Below are positions 1 to 14,446 of a DNA stretch of 64,000 bases, in pieces. The stretch comes from Callorhinchus milii (taxonomy: Eukaryota): assembly GCF_018977255.1 (NCBI RefSeq), contig NW_024704742.1:95544001-95608000 (forward strand). Reading direction: 5' to 3'. The position numbers and the translations under genes were made by a program. The notes beneath the pieces are model-generated. The model had not been told where the DNA came from. It did not search any database and saw only the letters and a list, made by a program, of their open reading frames with translations. Positions within the stretch are counted from its first letter, which is position 1. Each line of letters opens with the position of its first letter.

Positions 1-1149
1 CCTCCCGACGTGAAAGGCGCTCTATAAATGGAATCTTGTTGTTGTTGTTGTTTCGCCCTGCACGTGAATTGCACCTGTGTCCTCTCGTTTGTGAGGCAAG
101 TGCTCCAAACAATACTCTATGGGACTCCGTAGCTACAATGTGACATCAAGTGCTTTCAATAACAATCCTTTTACAGACAAACAATGAATCATTTTCATTG
201 AATTTCAAATATAATTTCAAATCATACATAAGGATTATTATTCTTTATTTGGTAACCATGGATATTGTAGCTCTCAGATTGAGAGTCTTTTGTGTGCTTA
301 TCAAGATGAGACTTTATTGTTTTTTGCTTACAGGCTCCTAGTGTGTCTCCCACATCAGGTTTGAAACTGGCAAAACGCCGAGAAAGCTCCTACCTTTTTT
401 TTTACTCTAAGCAATGAGTCTTAACCCCAATTAGAAAAGCAACACAATGGAACCAATGTCAATTTTTCCATTCCCCACACCATCCCTTCTACTATGACAG
501 AGAATAACAATTCAATGACTGATTGGGTGAATCATGGACAGTTTTGTGCAGTACCTTCACATCCATAGAGAACCGGGATGAGATTGACCAAATGTTTTCG
601 ACCTGTCACCAGTTAAACTAACAGACAGACAAGATTTTCAACGTGTTAATCTGGGTTGGATTCGAACCCTGCTCCCAGCAAAATATTTAATTGTAGAAAT
701 GGTTATCATCATCGTATGTTCAGAGGTGTCTCACTGGGAGCTGCACTGTAGAAAATTGTACTTAAGGAAATTGTCAATTTTAAAAAATAATAGTTGTATT
801 TGATATCTGACCTCAAAATGTCTCACCTATTTCATACAAGTAACTATTATATGGAAATAATAGAAGCTATTCAGCAACAGCAACAAGCCACAAACAGCAA
901 TATGAGAGGAATGAATTATTAGAATTTTTTGGAGGTGAATGTGAGTAAATGAAATGGTGGCCATGATGATCCTGGGAGAACTCCATGTGCTTCATTTAAA
1001 CACTCCAAGATGCTGCCTCGTGTGAAGGGCACTGTGTAAATGCAAATGCAAGTTGTTGTTGTTGAACTAGTATCATGTGTCTATAAGATCCTTTTTAGGA
1101 TTTATAAATGAAGTATGTAAGCTTGTATGTATAGACAAGTCCAGTCTGT

Positions 1150-1290
1150 TATTGTGGGTTTCATCTCACTAGGGTTGGGACAAATATAGGTAAGATTGAT
1201 AGCATTCATTTAGACTGAGGAATGGCAGATGAATTTTAATGTAGATGAATGTAAGCGAGTACATATAGAAAAAAAATCCTGCAAGGAATT
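1150..1290 (+). mobile_element. CR1 RT fragment
   Basis: gaatggcagatgaattttaatgtagatgaatgtaag = EWQMNFNVDECK. Confidence 0.6.
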
Positions 1291-2708
1291 AATTTCATAA
1301 TAAGAATAAGAATGCTTGCATTTGATATAGCGCCTTATCACATCGTTGAGACTTCTCAAAGCACTTCACAGAATATATTGTAAAGTGGATTGACTGTGTA
1401 TTTTGTGGGCAAAATGGGGCAGCCAGTTGTAAACAGTAGCATCCCACAAACAGTCGTGATCTGAGTGACCAAATATTTTTTTTGAGGATAGACGGGGTGA
1501 GAGTAATGAAAGTTAGAGGATACAAAAATGGATTGATAAAAGAACATTTACAAACTTCAAGAGAGACTAGAGATTGGAAAATGCTGACTACCCATTCACA
1601 GGACATCGAGAGACAAATACAGTATATGCACTAATTGGGACCAGTCCCAATGTGGATATGCAAACTATGTGCATTACTGGTCATCACACAAGATGCAAAT
1701 TGGTTAGTGTGCTGACGAAAAATATTCCATCAGAGGTTATGCTTTTACTATATCACAGTGTGCCAGCCCTTCTCTCCCTCTGCCTCTCTCACTCTGATTT
1801 TCTCTTTTTTCTCTTTCTCTGAGACTCTCTCACTTTTGATGTTCTATTCTTTTATGTCTGTGTCAGTCTCTAAATACTTAAAGTATTTAAGTCTCTAAAT
1901 ACTAAGTACTAAATACTTATCTCTCATTGCAAACAAAAACTTAGTCCTGCATATGCGTGTGAGGTTACTTGCAAATCATATCCCTGGTAACCTTGTGCAT
2001 AACTAGATTATTTTGCTTTATTCTATTATCTGCATCTATTTACACATAATGGGGATAAGCGGGCCTGTGAATAATTGCCACGCAGATAACCAGCATAGTT
2101 GGTAAGTGAACAGACCCCCAGCAAAGACATTTAATCTGCCAATTAACTTCTTCCCTAAATAGCTGCTTAATGATTTGCTTAGAAAAGGGATTGAAGAGAT
2201 TTAGGAGTAAGTAAAGACAGAGATTATCAGACGTTCTGTACAACACCATGGTCAGAAACCATGATTTCTGATTTTTGTTCATTATACTAAAACAAACCGA
2301 TTACTTGCTAACATCAATTTGTTTCCAAGAAGACCTATACCTTGTCACTGCACAGGTTAAGATCCCCAACATGTGCTGTTTTCATGCTCCAGATAGATAG
2401 GTTTGACTTCTCAAGAGACACGCTCCTTTTCACACCATTTTCAGACAGGCTTATTTGCTCTTTCGTAGTGAATGGAATGGATTTTATGCTTCCAAATTGT
2501 TTCCATTCACATTTGTTCAGTGTTCTGAGAAAGCCAACTTTCTCCAGCTGACCATTAACAAGACAGAGGTCTTCCTGCTTGACTCATGCCCTTTTAATGT
2601 GAAAGGTGCTGTATACATGTAATTTGCTTTTGTTGTTGTTCATTTATTTTGCATTTTCTAAAAAAAGGGAAGAAAAAAATATTTTGAAAGAGGGTCAAAA
2701 TTGCTTTT

Positions 2709-3325
2709 ACAACAACACCAAAATTACATTTGTATAGCGCCTTTCATGTCAGGAGGACGTCCCAAGGTACTGGACAGATAGTGTTTTGGACACGAGCTGG
2801 GAGTCAGGATAGGGGAGAGTGGAGGGTGGAGGGGGAAGGAGCATGATTCGAGGCATGGTCGAATAGGAGGGTCTTAAGATGGGTCTTGAAGGAAGCAAGG
2901 GAAGGGGCAAGGTGGAGGATCTTCGGGATGGAGTTCCAGAGGGTGGGGGCAGAATGGCTGAAGGCTCACCTGCCAATGGTAGGACGGGCGAGGTAAGGTA
3001 TGTGAAGCAGGCCTGAGCGCGCTGAGTGGAGGGAGTGGGCTGGTTGGTAGGGTATAAGGAGGTTACAGAGTTGGAGGGAGCAAGGCCATGGAGGGCTTTG
3101 AGGGTGAGGACCAGGATCTTGAACTATATTCTTTGTGTGATGGGAGGCCAGTAGATTCAGGTAAGGAGATGGGGGTGATAGGGTCATGGAGCCTGGTGTC
3201 GGGGAGGACACGGGCTGCAGAGTTCTGGATGATCTGCAGCCTATGGAGGGAGGCGTTGGGGAGGCCGACGAGCAAAGAGTTTGCATAGTCGAGCCTGAAT
3301 GTTACAAATGCATATATGAGGGTTT
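2709..3325 (-). mobile_element. L2 LINE 3' fragment
   Basis: [21 protein letters not shown] peptide, plus the tail GGGACGTCCTCCTGACATGAAAGGCGCTATACAAATG and (GTT)n on the minus strand. Confidence 0.9.
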
Positions 3326-3469
3326 TGGGTTGAGGCTGTCAATGAGGGTTTTAGAAGCAGAAGTATTTTTTCAGATTCACTTTACAGGATATCCATTTAA
3401 CTAAGTTGTATGTTATATAGTGGCATGGAAAAGCTTTATTACACGGTATTCTGTACAACAACCAGTACT

Positions 3470-3775
3470 AGCCTGGCTCAGTTGGAAGCACTCTTGTCTC
3501 TAAACCAGAGATTGTAGTTCCAAGACCCACTTTGAGCTGCTAGTCTAGCCTGACACGACATTCCAATGCAGAGCACTATATTTTCAGAGGTGCCGTCCTT
3601 TGGATGGGATGCTGAAACGAGTTCTCGTTTCATTGTTACGGTGGACATTAAAGATCCCATTGCAAAAGGGAGTGTCTCCTGATTTCATGGCCAGGCAATC
3701 TCCAGATAAGATTTGGCCATTCATTTATGGGCTGTTTGGGGGAGCTTGCTGCGTGAAAAATACCAGTTGTGTAAA
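3470..3775 (+). mobile_element. DeuSINE-type SINE, 3'-truncated
   Basis: Head gcctggctcagttggaagcactc plus core gaggtgccgtcctttggatg. Confidence 0.75.
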
Positions 3776-4237
3776 TTGAATAGGTGAGAAGGAAACCAAG
3801 CTCTATGCAGAAAATCCATCCACTGCCATTCAATTATTTTAATGATGTGTGTTTACAATGGAAAATTCCCAAAAGCAGCACTTGCTGTCAAAACCTCTAC
3901 CAAGTAACAAGAGCAATCTCACCTCTTTGTGTTTACAGTTTTTGAACTTTACTATCTTGTTGGGAACTATTAATACTTTAATTTAATCAATATTGTAATT
4001 TTTTTTGAAAATGTAACAGTGGTAACAGTTTGCAAGGTTGTGTTTTTAATGTAAATTTGCTCTGCATGATGTAAATGGCTTTAATCTCCACTTATATAGT
4101 TTCCACTGTACTCAGATTTGCAATGTGAATCTTGCAATTGATTATCAGCAGTCTTTAGTTTTGCAAAATGTTTCAATCTTCCACAATAATTTTATTTATG
4201 TTGCTTCTTATTTATGTCTAATAAGTGATCTTTCAAG

Positions 4238-5230
4238 AACAACAACAAAATTACATTTGTATAACACCTTTCACGTCGGGAGGACATCCCAAGGAGCTGG
4301 ACAGACAGAGTTTTGGACCCGAGCCTGGCGTCGGGATCAGGGCAGGTGAAGATCAGGAGGAGAAGCAAGGAGATCGAAAGCACGGTTGAAGAGGAGGGCC
4401 TTGAGATGGGTCTTGAAGGAGGCAAGAGAGGGGGCGAGGTGAAGGGACTGCAGGATGGAGTTCCAGAGAGTGGTGCCAGAGTGGTAGAATGCCCGCCCGC
4501 CAATGGTGGGGCGAGCAAGGTAGGGGACGTGCAGCAGGCCGGAGCCCGCTGAGCAGGCAGAATGTTAGGGGGTTAGGAGGTCGCAGAGGTAGGGGGGAGT
4601 AAGGCCATGGAGGGCTTTGAAGGTGAGGACCAGGATCTTGAACTGTGTGATGGGAAGCCAGTGGAGTCGAGCGAGGATGGGACTGATAGGGTCACAGAGC
4701 CTGGTGCGGGAGAGGACACGGGCTGCAGAGTTCTGGTTGATCTGTGGCCTATGGAGGGAGGGGTTGGGGAGGCCGAAAAGCAATGAGTTTGCATAGTCCA
4801 GCCTCAATGTAATGAAAGCATGTATGAGAGTTTTGGCAGCCTGTGGTGTGAAACAGTGTCGGAGCCGGGCAATGTTGCGGAGGTGGGGGAAACCAGAGCG
4901 AGTCAGGGCGCAGATGTGGGGTAGAAAGGATAGTTGAGGGTCAAACAAGACGCCAAGGTTCCAGACTGGCTCAGCGAGGTGGAGTGTGCAACCATGGATG
5001 GTGATCCTACCAGCGCCTGAGGTGAGGAGGCGCTGATGGGAACCAATCAGGAGAGCCTCGGTCTTGTTGATGCTCAACTGAAGAAAATTAGCTCTCATCC
5101 AGGACTTGATGTCCAACAGACATTTTGCCAGAACAGCAGTGGTCTGGAGTCAAGGGTGGAGGCAGAGAGGTATAGTTGGGTGTCATCCGCATACATGTGG
5201 AAGTTGACACCATATCAGTGGATGATGTCA
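4238..5230 (-). mobile_element. L2 LINE 3' fragment (YADD to tail)
   Basis: ORF 4565-5116 [22 protein letters not shown]...[17 protein letters not shown] near 5190; (GTT)n tail. Confidence 0.92.
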
Positions 5231-6153
5231 CTGCTAAATTAATTAAGCTTATTTTAAAACCTGAAATTAGTCATGTAATAAACTAATATCCCATGGAAGG
5301 AGGGAAGTTAAAAGTGAGAAATTTGAGGCACATCAACCATATCTCGCCATGTGTCGACTGATGGAAACATCTCAGGAGATTCAATCACTTGACTATTGGA
5401 ATTGAGACCAAAAGTTTCTGGGTCTAAATCCTGATACCCTCAGCCCTTTGCTCTTTTGAGGTTGGTAACATGATTACCATGTCTAAAAACTGTCTGGCTG
5501 AGAAAGGGGAAAACGTTAAACTGGGTAAAGCCAACAACAACGTGCATTTATATAGTGCCCCTCCTTCAGGGTAGCATCCCAGAGCCAGTCCAGCCCATCC
5601 TAATCAGTGATTTTTCATCATTGATGAACCCATTTAGTTCATCAATAAGACGAGGGAGGTGTAGCCTGACATCTACATTGGTGGAAACCCAGTGTGGCAA
5701 AGAAAATATTGTAGATCAAGCAATTTGCCTCTTACCCTTTTAAATGGATTGAGTGAATGTGTTAGCAATTAAGCACTGGACTAAGAGGCATTAGGTGTTG
5801 TGCTTTAAATTTTAATGCATTGAGAGATCCTTCCGAAGTGAAAGGCACTATACAAATTAAGTTGTTTAAATCACTTCCAAGTATTCGGGGTTCTATATGT
5901 AATAAATATTCACATGTATGGAGACTGTGCTCCCGGCACAATCAATCCAGCACTCTTGCTTTAATTATTTGTATTTATAACATGGTATTTGTTGAAGGGA
6001 CCTGATATTTATTGTGGTATCTGAATATACTGGGGCCACACAGAGTACCTGAGCATTGGTATGCTTCCCCTCTTTGTCAATCTGTTACACTGAGCACTGA
6101 GGCGAGCAGATGAGTCCTCCCATCAGGATAGAGCCGCACACTGGCTCGTGCAC

Positions 6154-6540
6154 AATAATAATAATATAATAATAATCCTTGCATTTGATATAGTGCCTTA
6201 GCATGTCTTTAAGAAGTTTCAAGCGCTTCACAGAATATACTGTAAAGTGAACTGTCTGTATATTTGGTGGGTGAAACTGGGCAGCCAATTGCACCCAACA
6301 GTGTCCCACAAACAGTCGTGGATTGATTGACCAAATTATTATTAGTTTTGTTTTTTAAGGTTTTATTACCCCAGAAAAGTGGTCCGCCAATCGACTAACA
6401 ACCAGGTTCCTAATTACTGCTAGGTAAACCAAGGTGTGTGGAGTAAGAAAACTTGCCCAGTGTTTATGCGCTGCTGGGAATCAAATCCAGGTCCGCTCGC
6501 TTGCGAGGCAAGTGCTCCAACCATTAAGCTACAGGACTCC
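6154..6540 (-). mobile_element. tRNA-Ala-derived SINE (family B, long variant)
   Basis: Same head and tail plus an extra central block at about 6365-6432. Confidence 0.85.
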
Positions 6541-8454
6541 ACAGTACTTGCATCAGTGTAATAACTGAGTGGTGATGAGTTGGCGAGCAGTTTGTGAAGT
6601 GTTGTGGCTGTCGATCTGTGAGAGAGAGGAAAAGACAAGAGTAACCTCCTCTCAAAATAAGTGTAAGTGTACTCCAGTGCACTCTATCTTCCCACCTTCA
6701 AAGGATTCCTTGTTAAAATGATAGTGTCTGCTAAATGCTACACTTTCATGCATTCTGTCATCAAAAGGAGCTGGTATTAAATGTACAGCCACTCACATGA
6801 TGCTCTGCACCTTCAAATCTTATCTGTGTTACACTCTAACCTGCGTCATTTGGAATAACTTTCCTCTTTCTCACAGCCGCTTGAATGTAATCCGGTCACT
6901 GAAACCTGAGCCCTTGTTTCTGTTAATCGTAAATGCTCAACAGAGTGAAACGGGGAGCAAAAAGAAAAGAAGTGGGCAGATACAAGGCAACGACTGGGCT
7001 CTGGGGTCTGGGACATGATCAGAGGCTCTTGATCCAGTTACTGCATAATTTGGTGTGCTCTTCACTGCCAAATGTCCATATGTTACACATCCTATACTAA
7101 CACTTGTAGTGACTCATGAATAAGTAGTAAATACTTTGCATTATTTAAATCACGGAGTTTTCTCTAGCAAACTACAAGGAATTCCCTTAACAACAGCCAT
7201 CAATCAGCATATTGCAAATTTAACTCTTGAGTCCTGAGGTTCCTTTGTAAAGTTTAAAAGAAACCTAATTTGCTCCAAACAAAGGCATGCGGAGCACTCA
7301 GTGAGCAAACCCCACCACAGAATTCTGGCCACAGATAGTCCTCAAAGTGTTAGGATCATTATTAATAAGATGACAGGGTTAATACTGTGCAGCAGATGTT
7401 CGTAAAGTGCTGATCACAAAGAATTCCGATGGTTCCAGCTGGCACATAAGCTGCTATAGCAATGGCTGTAAAACAAGCCTTGAAACCATGGAAACAGAAA
7501 GCAAAAGTCACATCCTGGAGGTAAGGAACAGGGAAAAGCACGTCCTGTACACCGTCACGCACTGAAACTACCTCAAGACATTCCAGCAGTGCCCGCCAGT
7601 GGTCTTTTACCTGCAACCAGGGGGTGATTTAATGTTTTACAAAAACACTGTTGTTGTTCTTTAACGTGGCACTACTCTTAAAAAAAAGTCTGCAAAACAT
7701 TGATCCATTTGTGGAATGAGAGTGGCCCAGGGGAGTCATTATTGCTCTTGCCTTTACAATGTCACAGGTGTATCGCAAGGCATTTTGACGTGATATGTGA
7801 TTTTTACATGAAGTTATATTAAATCTGAGTTGTATTTGTCTGATCATAATTTACTTTGATGGTTTGTGTTAGTACAGAAAGAAAAAGTCTATTTGTCAGC
7901 CTGCTTTTCAGAAAGAGAATGCCCTGCCTTAATAACATAATAATGTTGGCATCTGATAAGCACCGTTCATGACAAGAGGAAGTCTCAAAGTGCTTCGCAG
8001 GATGTACTGTGAAGTGTACTGAGTGTGTCTATTGAAGGTAAACACAGCAACCAATTAGCACACAGCAATGTCCCACAAACAGCCATGAAATAAAATTTTA
8101 AAGAAAAGGGGCATTGGAGATTTTATTGATGAGCTTTGAACAGTCAAAGCAAATTTGTTTGCCCTACCAATGCATCATAAAGGTTGGAATACGACGAGAA
8201 AAACAGGTTTCATTCTCAACTCGTTTGAGACTTTGGGAGCTCAATGAACACAAGCCAATTCGATTCAAAACACTATAGTGCTGGGCTGATGCCTGACTTG
8301 ACAAACCTTTATTGATTAGAGTTCCATGCTAGTGGAAATGTTTATAACTTAAATGTCTGTCTGACTTCCATTTATTCCTACATGTATAATTATAATTTTT
8401 ACAACCTTATGCAGTGTGTCTATGTCAGATCGCAGATCGCTTTATACAGCTAAC

Positions 8455-8655
8455 TGGGAGCTAGTTGGGGGGTAGTTGAAAGCACGATCATAAAAATCAG
8501 TCCCAAGGCAGTTTTGAATGGAGCGAGGTGTGAGAAGGAGGGACTTGGAGATGGAGTTCCAGAGAGTGTGGGGACAATAGTTGAAAGCTTGCCCGTGGCA
8601 GGTAGGGTGGATCGGACAGGGAAAATGAAGCCAGATTCGAAAGAGACTTGAAGGG
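8455..8655 (-). mobile_element. Degenerate L2 3' fragment
   Basis: GQAFNYCPHTLWNSI...FYDRAF resembles the C-terminus of the other L2 copies. Confidence 0.6.
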
Positions 8656-11600
8656 CACATGTATGGTATTTCAGGTTACAGTTTAGAATTTCTAATTTCC
8701 ATTTCAATGCAGCCTCTGTGAAGTCTTTCCACTTAGAAATGGGAGGGGACATGCCTTTGCATAATAAGCGAGGCTTGGTTTTACTCTTTTTTTGTTTGAA
8801 TGAAAAATTATATCATTGTGCTTGCCATCAGAGATGTGCAGTTAGACCCCAGTGTGTTGAGTGCACCTGCCTTTGATGTTCACAGTGCTCTGTATTGTTT
8901 ATTGTAGGAGCAAGATTCTAGTTTCAATCACCTGGGAAGAGTGGAAGAAACTTTAAAATATGTGAGTCTGCAAAATGTTTAAACATCTCATTCTGCTGAC
9001 TGCTATTTCACTTTACTTTCCACTCCAGAATCAATTGTTAAGGGATAAATTCACCAAGAGCAAAATTAAAATCCTCTGAGAAATCGAGAATTAAAACTAT
9101 TCATCGTTTTATGTTACAGTATTTTGCAAATTATATTTTTAGATTGACAGTTATTATTCTTTAAAGTGTTGAACCTTATGTGTTGCTCCTGGTTACCTGG
9201 CTGAAAATAACCTCAAGATAAAATTGGTCATTCAAGACATGGCTCTTTGTGGGACATTGCTTTCAAACACACAGTCACCTCACTTTACAGCAAATTATCT
9301 GTGAAGCACTTTGAGGTCTTTTGATGTTATAGACGCTATATGAAATGCAAGGATTATTTATTTATGTTAATAATGTTTTGTTTGCTTTAATAATATCCCG
9401 AGGAAGTTAATAAGTGGCTGACTCCTAACTGTTACTTAGTATGTCAATAAGGATATTAACTTTCTCCTTCCTCTTTTTAAGCTCAAAAGCAACTCCAATA
9501 CCTGGATACCTAAATTGCCAATTAGAACTTATTTGATAATTACCCGCATCGATTGGCTACACACTCAGGAATGTGCAGCCAACTATAACTGTATCCAAAA
9601 TACTCATGCAGTGCCTAGTTGCATTGCAAAGAGAGTACTGGAGCAGAATGCAAGATCTCCTAGGAAGAACAAACCAAGTGATAATATTAGGATTATTCGG
9701 CTGATCAGCCTAGTCTGCTAGTGATACAATGATGAACTGAGGGACGAAGGGTTCACTAGAAATTTTAGGCATGAGTCAAACTCATGTCTTCCTTTCACTT
9801 GTACTTTGAGTTGTGTGGAGTATAAACACCGGCATGGTTGGGCCGAGTGGTGTGTTTCTGTGCTGCACGTACATTCTTTGTAAATCTTTGTACTTGCACA
9901 GAGATGACAGCCTCTATTGTCTATTGCAGATATAGCTGTACTGAGATAGCAGTGGTGCCAATGGTGGGAAAGCAGAAATTGATCAGAAGGCAGTTTGAGG
10001 TGTATAAAGCAAACGTGGGAGGCACCGCACATACTGCATGTGATAATTGTCACTTGCAACGCTTCTTCATCAGAAATGTTTTTTTAAAAAAAGATTAAAA
10101 TCAAAAGTTTAAAAAGCTGATCCAGTAGTTGACAGTAAAGGATCATTCCTAATTAAAATGTGTAGTGGTGATTTTGATTCTGAAAGAGTGTGAACTGAAC
10201 CGTTCACCAGAAGTTAAGAATGTTGGGGAGAGGGAGGGGGGTCGTGGGGGTTGGGGTGTTCAACCCTAAACTTGTCAAGACAGATTTTAATATACGATTT
10301 TGCTTGCCTCCTGTTGAATATCATATACTGCATTCCTTCCGCATTTCTCCTCATGATGTTTCAGTAGTCTCTATTATTGCAATGTTAGGATCAGCTGCGT
10401 TAGACGGTTCTTTCCCTGAACCTGTTGGAAGTCTAAGACCTAAATGAAAAGTGTTCCTTTTAAATACAAACAATATCACTGTGGGGATTGTAGACTGGTT
10501 CCAATGATGTTTTTCTGGGCAGTTTTGTCCCCCCTCACATCTGCTGGAGGTGTAAACTCAAAATAACAATAAACAAAATCAGTGAAGTATTTATAGAAAC
10601 AATAATCAGTTGTAGGCTAAGCACTAGCTAAACCAATGAAGCATTAAGCACATTAACTTGCAGAACTACATTTACTTTCTCTCTTGAGTTTCACTGCTTA
10701 TCCAATGCTGTTAACCCTCCCACCCCATACCTGTGCACTGCACACACCTCCGGAACTACACAAAAAAACTTTAGTACAGTTTCAAAAGTTCCTGGCCGGT
10801 TCCCCAGAAGCTGTCAGTCATGGCACACTATGTTACAGAGTACATCGTTGAATGTAGCAAAAAGTATTTGTACCCAAGTAAAGGAACATTTTGAACGGGA
10901 CAACAAGAACTGTTATAGAAGAATACTAACGACTAAATTATAGATAAAGTAACAGTAGAGTGAATGAAGGGAATCTCGATTGTAACACAAAGTGGTTGAA
11001 GTGTACGTTAAATCAGCAGTTGAAAAATAACATGTCAGGTAGGACCCTTGATCAGAACTGAAATTATTCAACTGGAGAAGCCCGTGTATCGCATACTGGG
11101 GCGTATTTAATGTTGATTTGCTCAGTGTACTTTGTTCCCTGCTCTTTTGCAAATCAGACTGCTTGCTTTCTATATTTGCAAATGGAAATTGGAATTATCA
11201 CTTCAACTCCTGATTTTGAATATCCCCATTGAGGAGGTAGGTAGCACCAGAACCCTTTCTGCCTCAGCTCACTTTTTACATCAGAGCTTCTGAAACACCC
11301 TCCCAATTTCTTCATGAAATATTTCCTTCCTCTGTGACAGAAAAGGCTCTTGATGGTATCTACCTAAGTTCACAGGCTTCTACTCTCACCACTTCTCCCC
11401 TCCCTACTGAAAAAGAACATTTTTTGTCTCACCATCTTCCTAACCGCCAGATTGTCTAATTCTATTTAAACCACCTGCAGCAGCATCCCAACATTCTGCA
11501 CATCTACTTGTCACGCACAGGAATTATTGTAAAGTGTATTGAATGTACATTTTGTCGGCAGAAACCTATATTTGTGCTTGTTTTCACAAGTATAAAGGAG

Positions 11601-12227
11601 GATTCCCCATGAGCAGTAAGTGCAGCCTATGAAATGCTGCAAATTCTGCCTGTGATCTTTGTATGTGATTTTTCTATTGGTGCACATCTGACTCCTACCT
11701 GAGTCACACCTAGCCATTAACAGTCATTTTCAAGCTTTTTCAGCAATTTCTTTTTGAAGTCTTTGATTTTGTGGGCTGGTGTGACTCGCCCTCCTTCGTG
11801 TGCTTCCAGCCCTCTTGTTCCAGTTCTGAAGAGTCTCTCCCGAAACATTAATCTTTCAGATACTGACTGATCTGCTATACATTTCCAGCAATTTCTGTTT
11901 TTATAACTGAATGAAGCAGAGTCCAACTTTCTGTCAAGGTTATGACCTTATTTGTGTTCTATGGCTCAATAGCAGGAAACCACACACAGTAAACCTTACA
12001 CCCCAGCCCGGGGTGAAATATCTGTGAGGAGAGGTATTTATGACAATGGTGGACAAATAGGAAGAATAAAAAAAGTCTTGGTTTTATTGTGTTATTATTA
12101 TTGTGCCTTCTTGTCCTTGAACCTTCACCTCTACATTAAAATTGACCTTAAAAGATGGGCCAGGACTGAACTGAATCTGTTCTCATGGAAATTAACTCAC
12201 AGCTGCACCGGAAAGCTGGCAGTTAGT

Positions 12228-12549
12228 ATAATAATAATAATAATAATAATAATGCTTGCATTTGGTTTAGCGGATTTTGCATCATCAAGATTTCTCAAAG
12301 TGCTTCACAGGATATACTGTAAAGTGAATTGACTGTATATTTGTGGGTGAATCGCAGCAGCCAATTGCGCACAACAGTGACCCACAAACAGTTGTAGAAG
12401 TGACCAATTTATTATTGTTTTTTTTCTTGAGGGATTATTATCAGACGTGTGGAGTAAGGAAATTTGCCCAAGGTTTCACCCTGCCAGGAATTGAACCCAG
12501 GAATCCTGCTTGCGAGGCGAGTGCTCTTACCACTGAGCTACAGGACTCA
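12228..12549 (-). mobile_element. tRNA-Ala-derived SINE (family B)
   Basis: Same head and tail; anticodon loop ctcgcaa. Confidence 0.85.
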
Positions 12550-12774
12550 TAGTATTCTGATGAGATCAACTGGGCTAAAGAGCTTTCTTCATATGTACTT
12601 TATGTCATTTTGTAATCTTGTGAAGTACAAAAAATAGCTGTGATTTTAAGTTCATTATGACATATTTCAGAACCTATTATGACAGGCCATTTGACCCAAT
12701 GGTGTTGTGCTGGTGTTCATACTCCTCATGAGCCTTCAAGCATCCTAATCCCCTCTCCATCATCAATGCAATGA

Positions 12775-13842
12775 GTTTGGTCAAAGTGACAAATGACATT
12801 CTGTTCATCTGCGACCAGGGCTCCCTCTGCCTCTTCATCCTCCTTGACCTCTCTGCTGCCTTTGACACCGTTGACCTCTCTATCCTCATTCACCGCCTCT
12901 CCTCTCACCTCAACCTTCACGGCTCTGTCCTTGACTGGTTCAGATCCTACCTCTCACACCGTCTCGTGATGTTCCTCAGGGCTCTGTCCTTGGTCCCCTC
13001 CTCTTCAGTATCTATATGCTCCCTCTTGGTGACATCATCCGCAGACATGGGGTCAACTTCCACATGTATGCAGATGACACCCAACTCTACCTCTCTGTCT
13101 CCATCCTTGACTCCAGGACCACTGCTGTCCTGACAGAATGTCTGTCAGACATCAAGTCCTGGATGAGAGCTAACTTTCTTCAGTTGAGTATCAGCAAGAC
13201 CGAGGCCCTCCTGATTGGCTCCTGTCAGTGCCTCCTCATCCCATAGTTGCACACTCCACCTTGCTAAGCCAGTCTGGAACCTTGGCATCTTGTTTGACCC
13301 TCAACTATCCTTCCTACACCACATCTGCACCATGACTTGCTCTGCCTTCCCCCACCTCCACAATATTGCCCGGCTCCTCCACTGTCTCACACCACAGACT
13401 GCCGAAACCCTCATTACATCAAGGCTTGTCAGCCTCCCCAACTCCTCCCTCCATTAGCTGCAGATCATCCGGAACTCTGCAGCCCGTGTCCTCTCCCGCT
13501 CCATGATCCTATCAAGCTCATCCTCGCCCGACTCCACTGGCTTCCCATCACGCAGAGGATACAGTTCAAGATCCTGGTCCTCACCTTCAAAGCCCTCCAT
13601 GGTCTTGATCCCCCCTACCTCTGCGACCTCCTAACCCCCTACCATTCTGCTCACTCCCTCCGCTCAGCGGCTCTGGCCTGCTTCACGCCCACCACCTCGC
13701 CCCACTATTGGCGGGTGGGCCTTCTGCCATTCTGCCCCCATTCTCTGGAACTCTATCCCGCAATCCCTCCACCATGACTCCTTCCTTGCCTCCTTCAATA
13801 CCCGTCTCAAGTCCCTCCTCTCCGACTGCTATTGATCTCCCT
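12775..13842 (+). mobile_element. L2 LINE fragment with RT motifs, multiply frameshifted
   Basis: LVKVTNDIL...[40 protein letters not shown]. Confidence 0.92.
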
Positions 13843-14446
13843 ACTGGGAAGGTATTTTCAATAAAAAAAATTCTCTCCATGTATTTTATATTAAAGGTAT
13901 ATTTCTTTAACCTCTACTTTCCTGGTGAAAGAGAGCCGTATTTTAAAGCAGTTTTAGCAGCCGGAGACAGGAATTGCTTAAAGAGAGGCAGAGTTTATGT
14001 CAGTTATAGAGTTCCATCAATGATTAGCTCCAATGGGCAGCACTGATCCGCAACCTCAATGCTAATCTGGACCCATAAGTCCTTTTCAAATTCAGATGAT
14101 TAGCTATCTACCAGCATCCTGACCTAAAAGCCAGGCTTTTGCGTAGGTTGGGGGGAATGCATCAAATTATCAGTCGTTGGCAGCAGTTTTGTCACTCCAA
14201 TGCTTTGGGAATAGGTAATATACAATATAGGTAAGAAAAGAACTGTCACGATTCTGTTGGCAACACACAAAAAGAAAGTGGAATTTTACATCCCACATGA
14301 GGGAGTGGTCCAAAAAAATGTCAAGTTAATTTATAAGAGGAATGAAACAGTTTGTGAACATGGGTGAATTCACAACACTGTCAGGTTTCTGTGGGTAAAC
14401 TGCTTTGCTGGTGAAGTTGTGACTTCACCTCTGACATAAGTCACCT

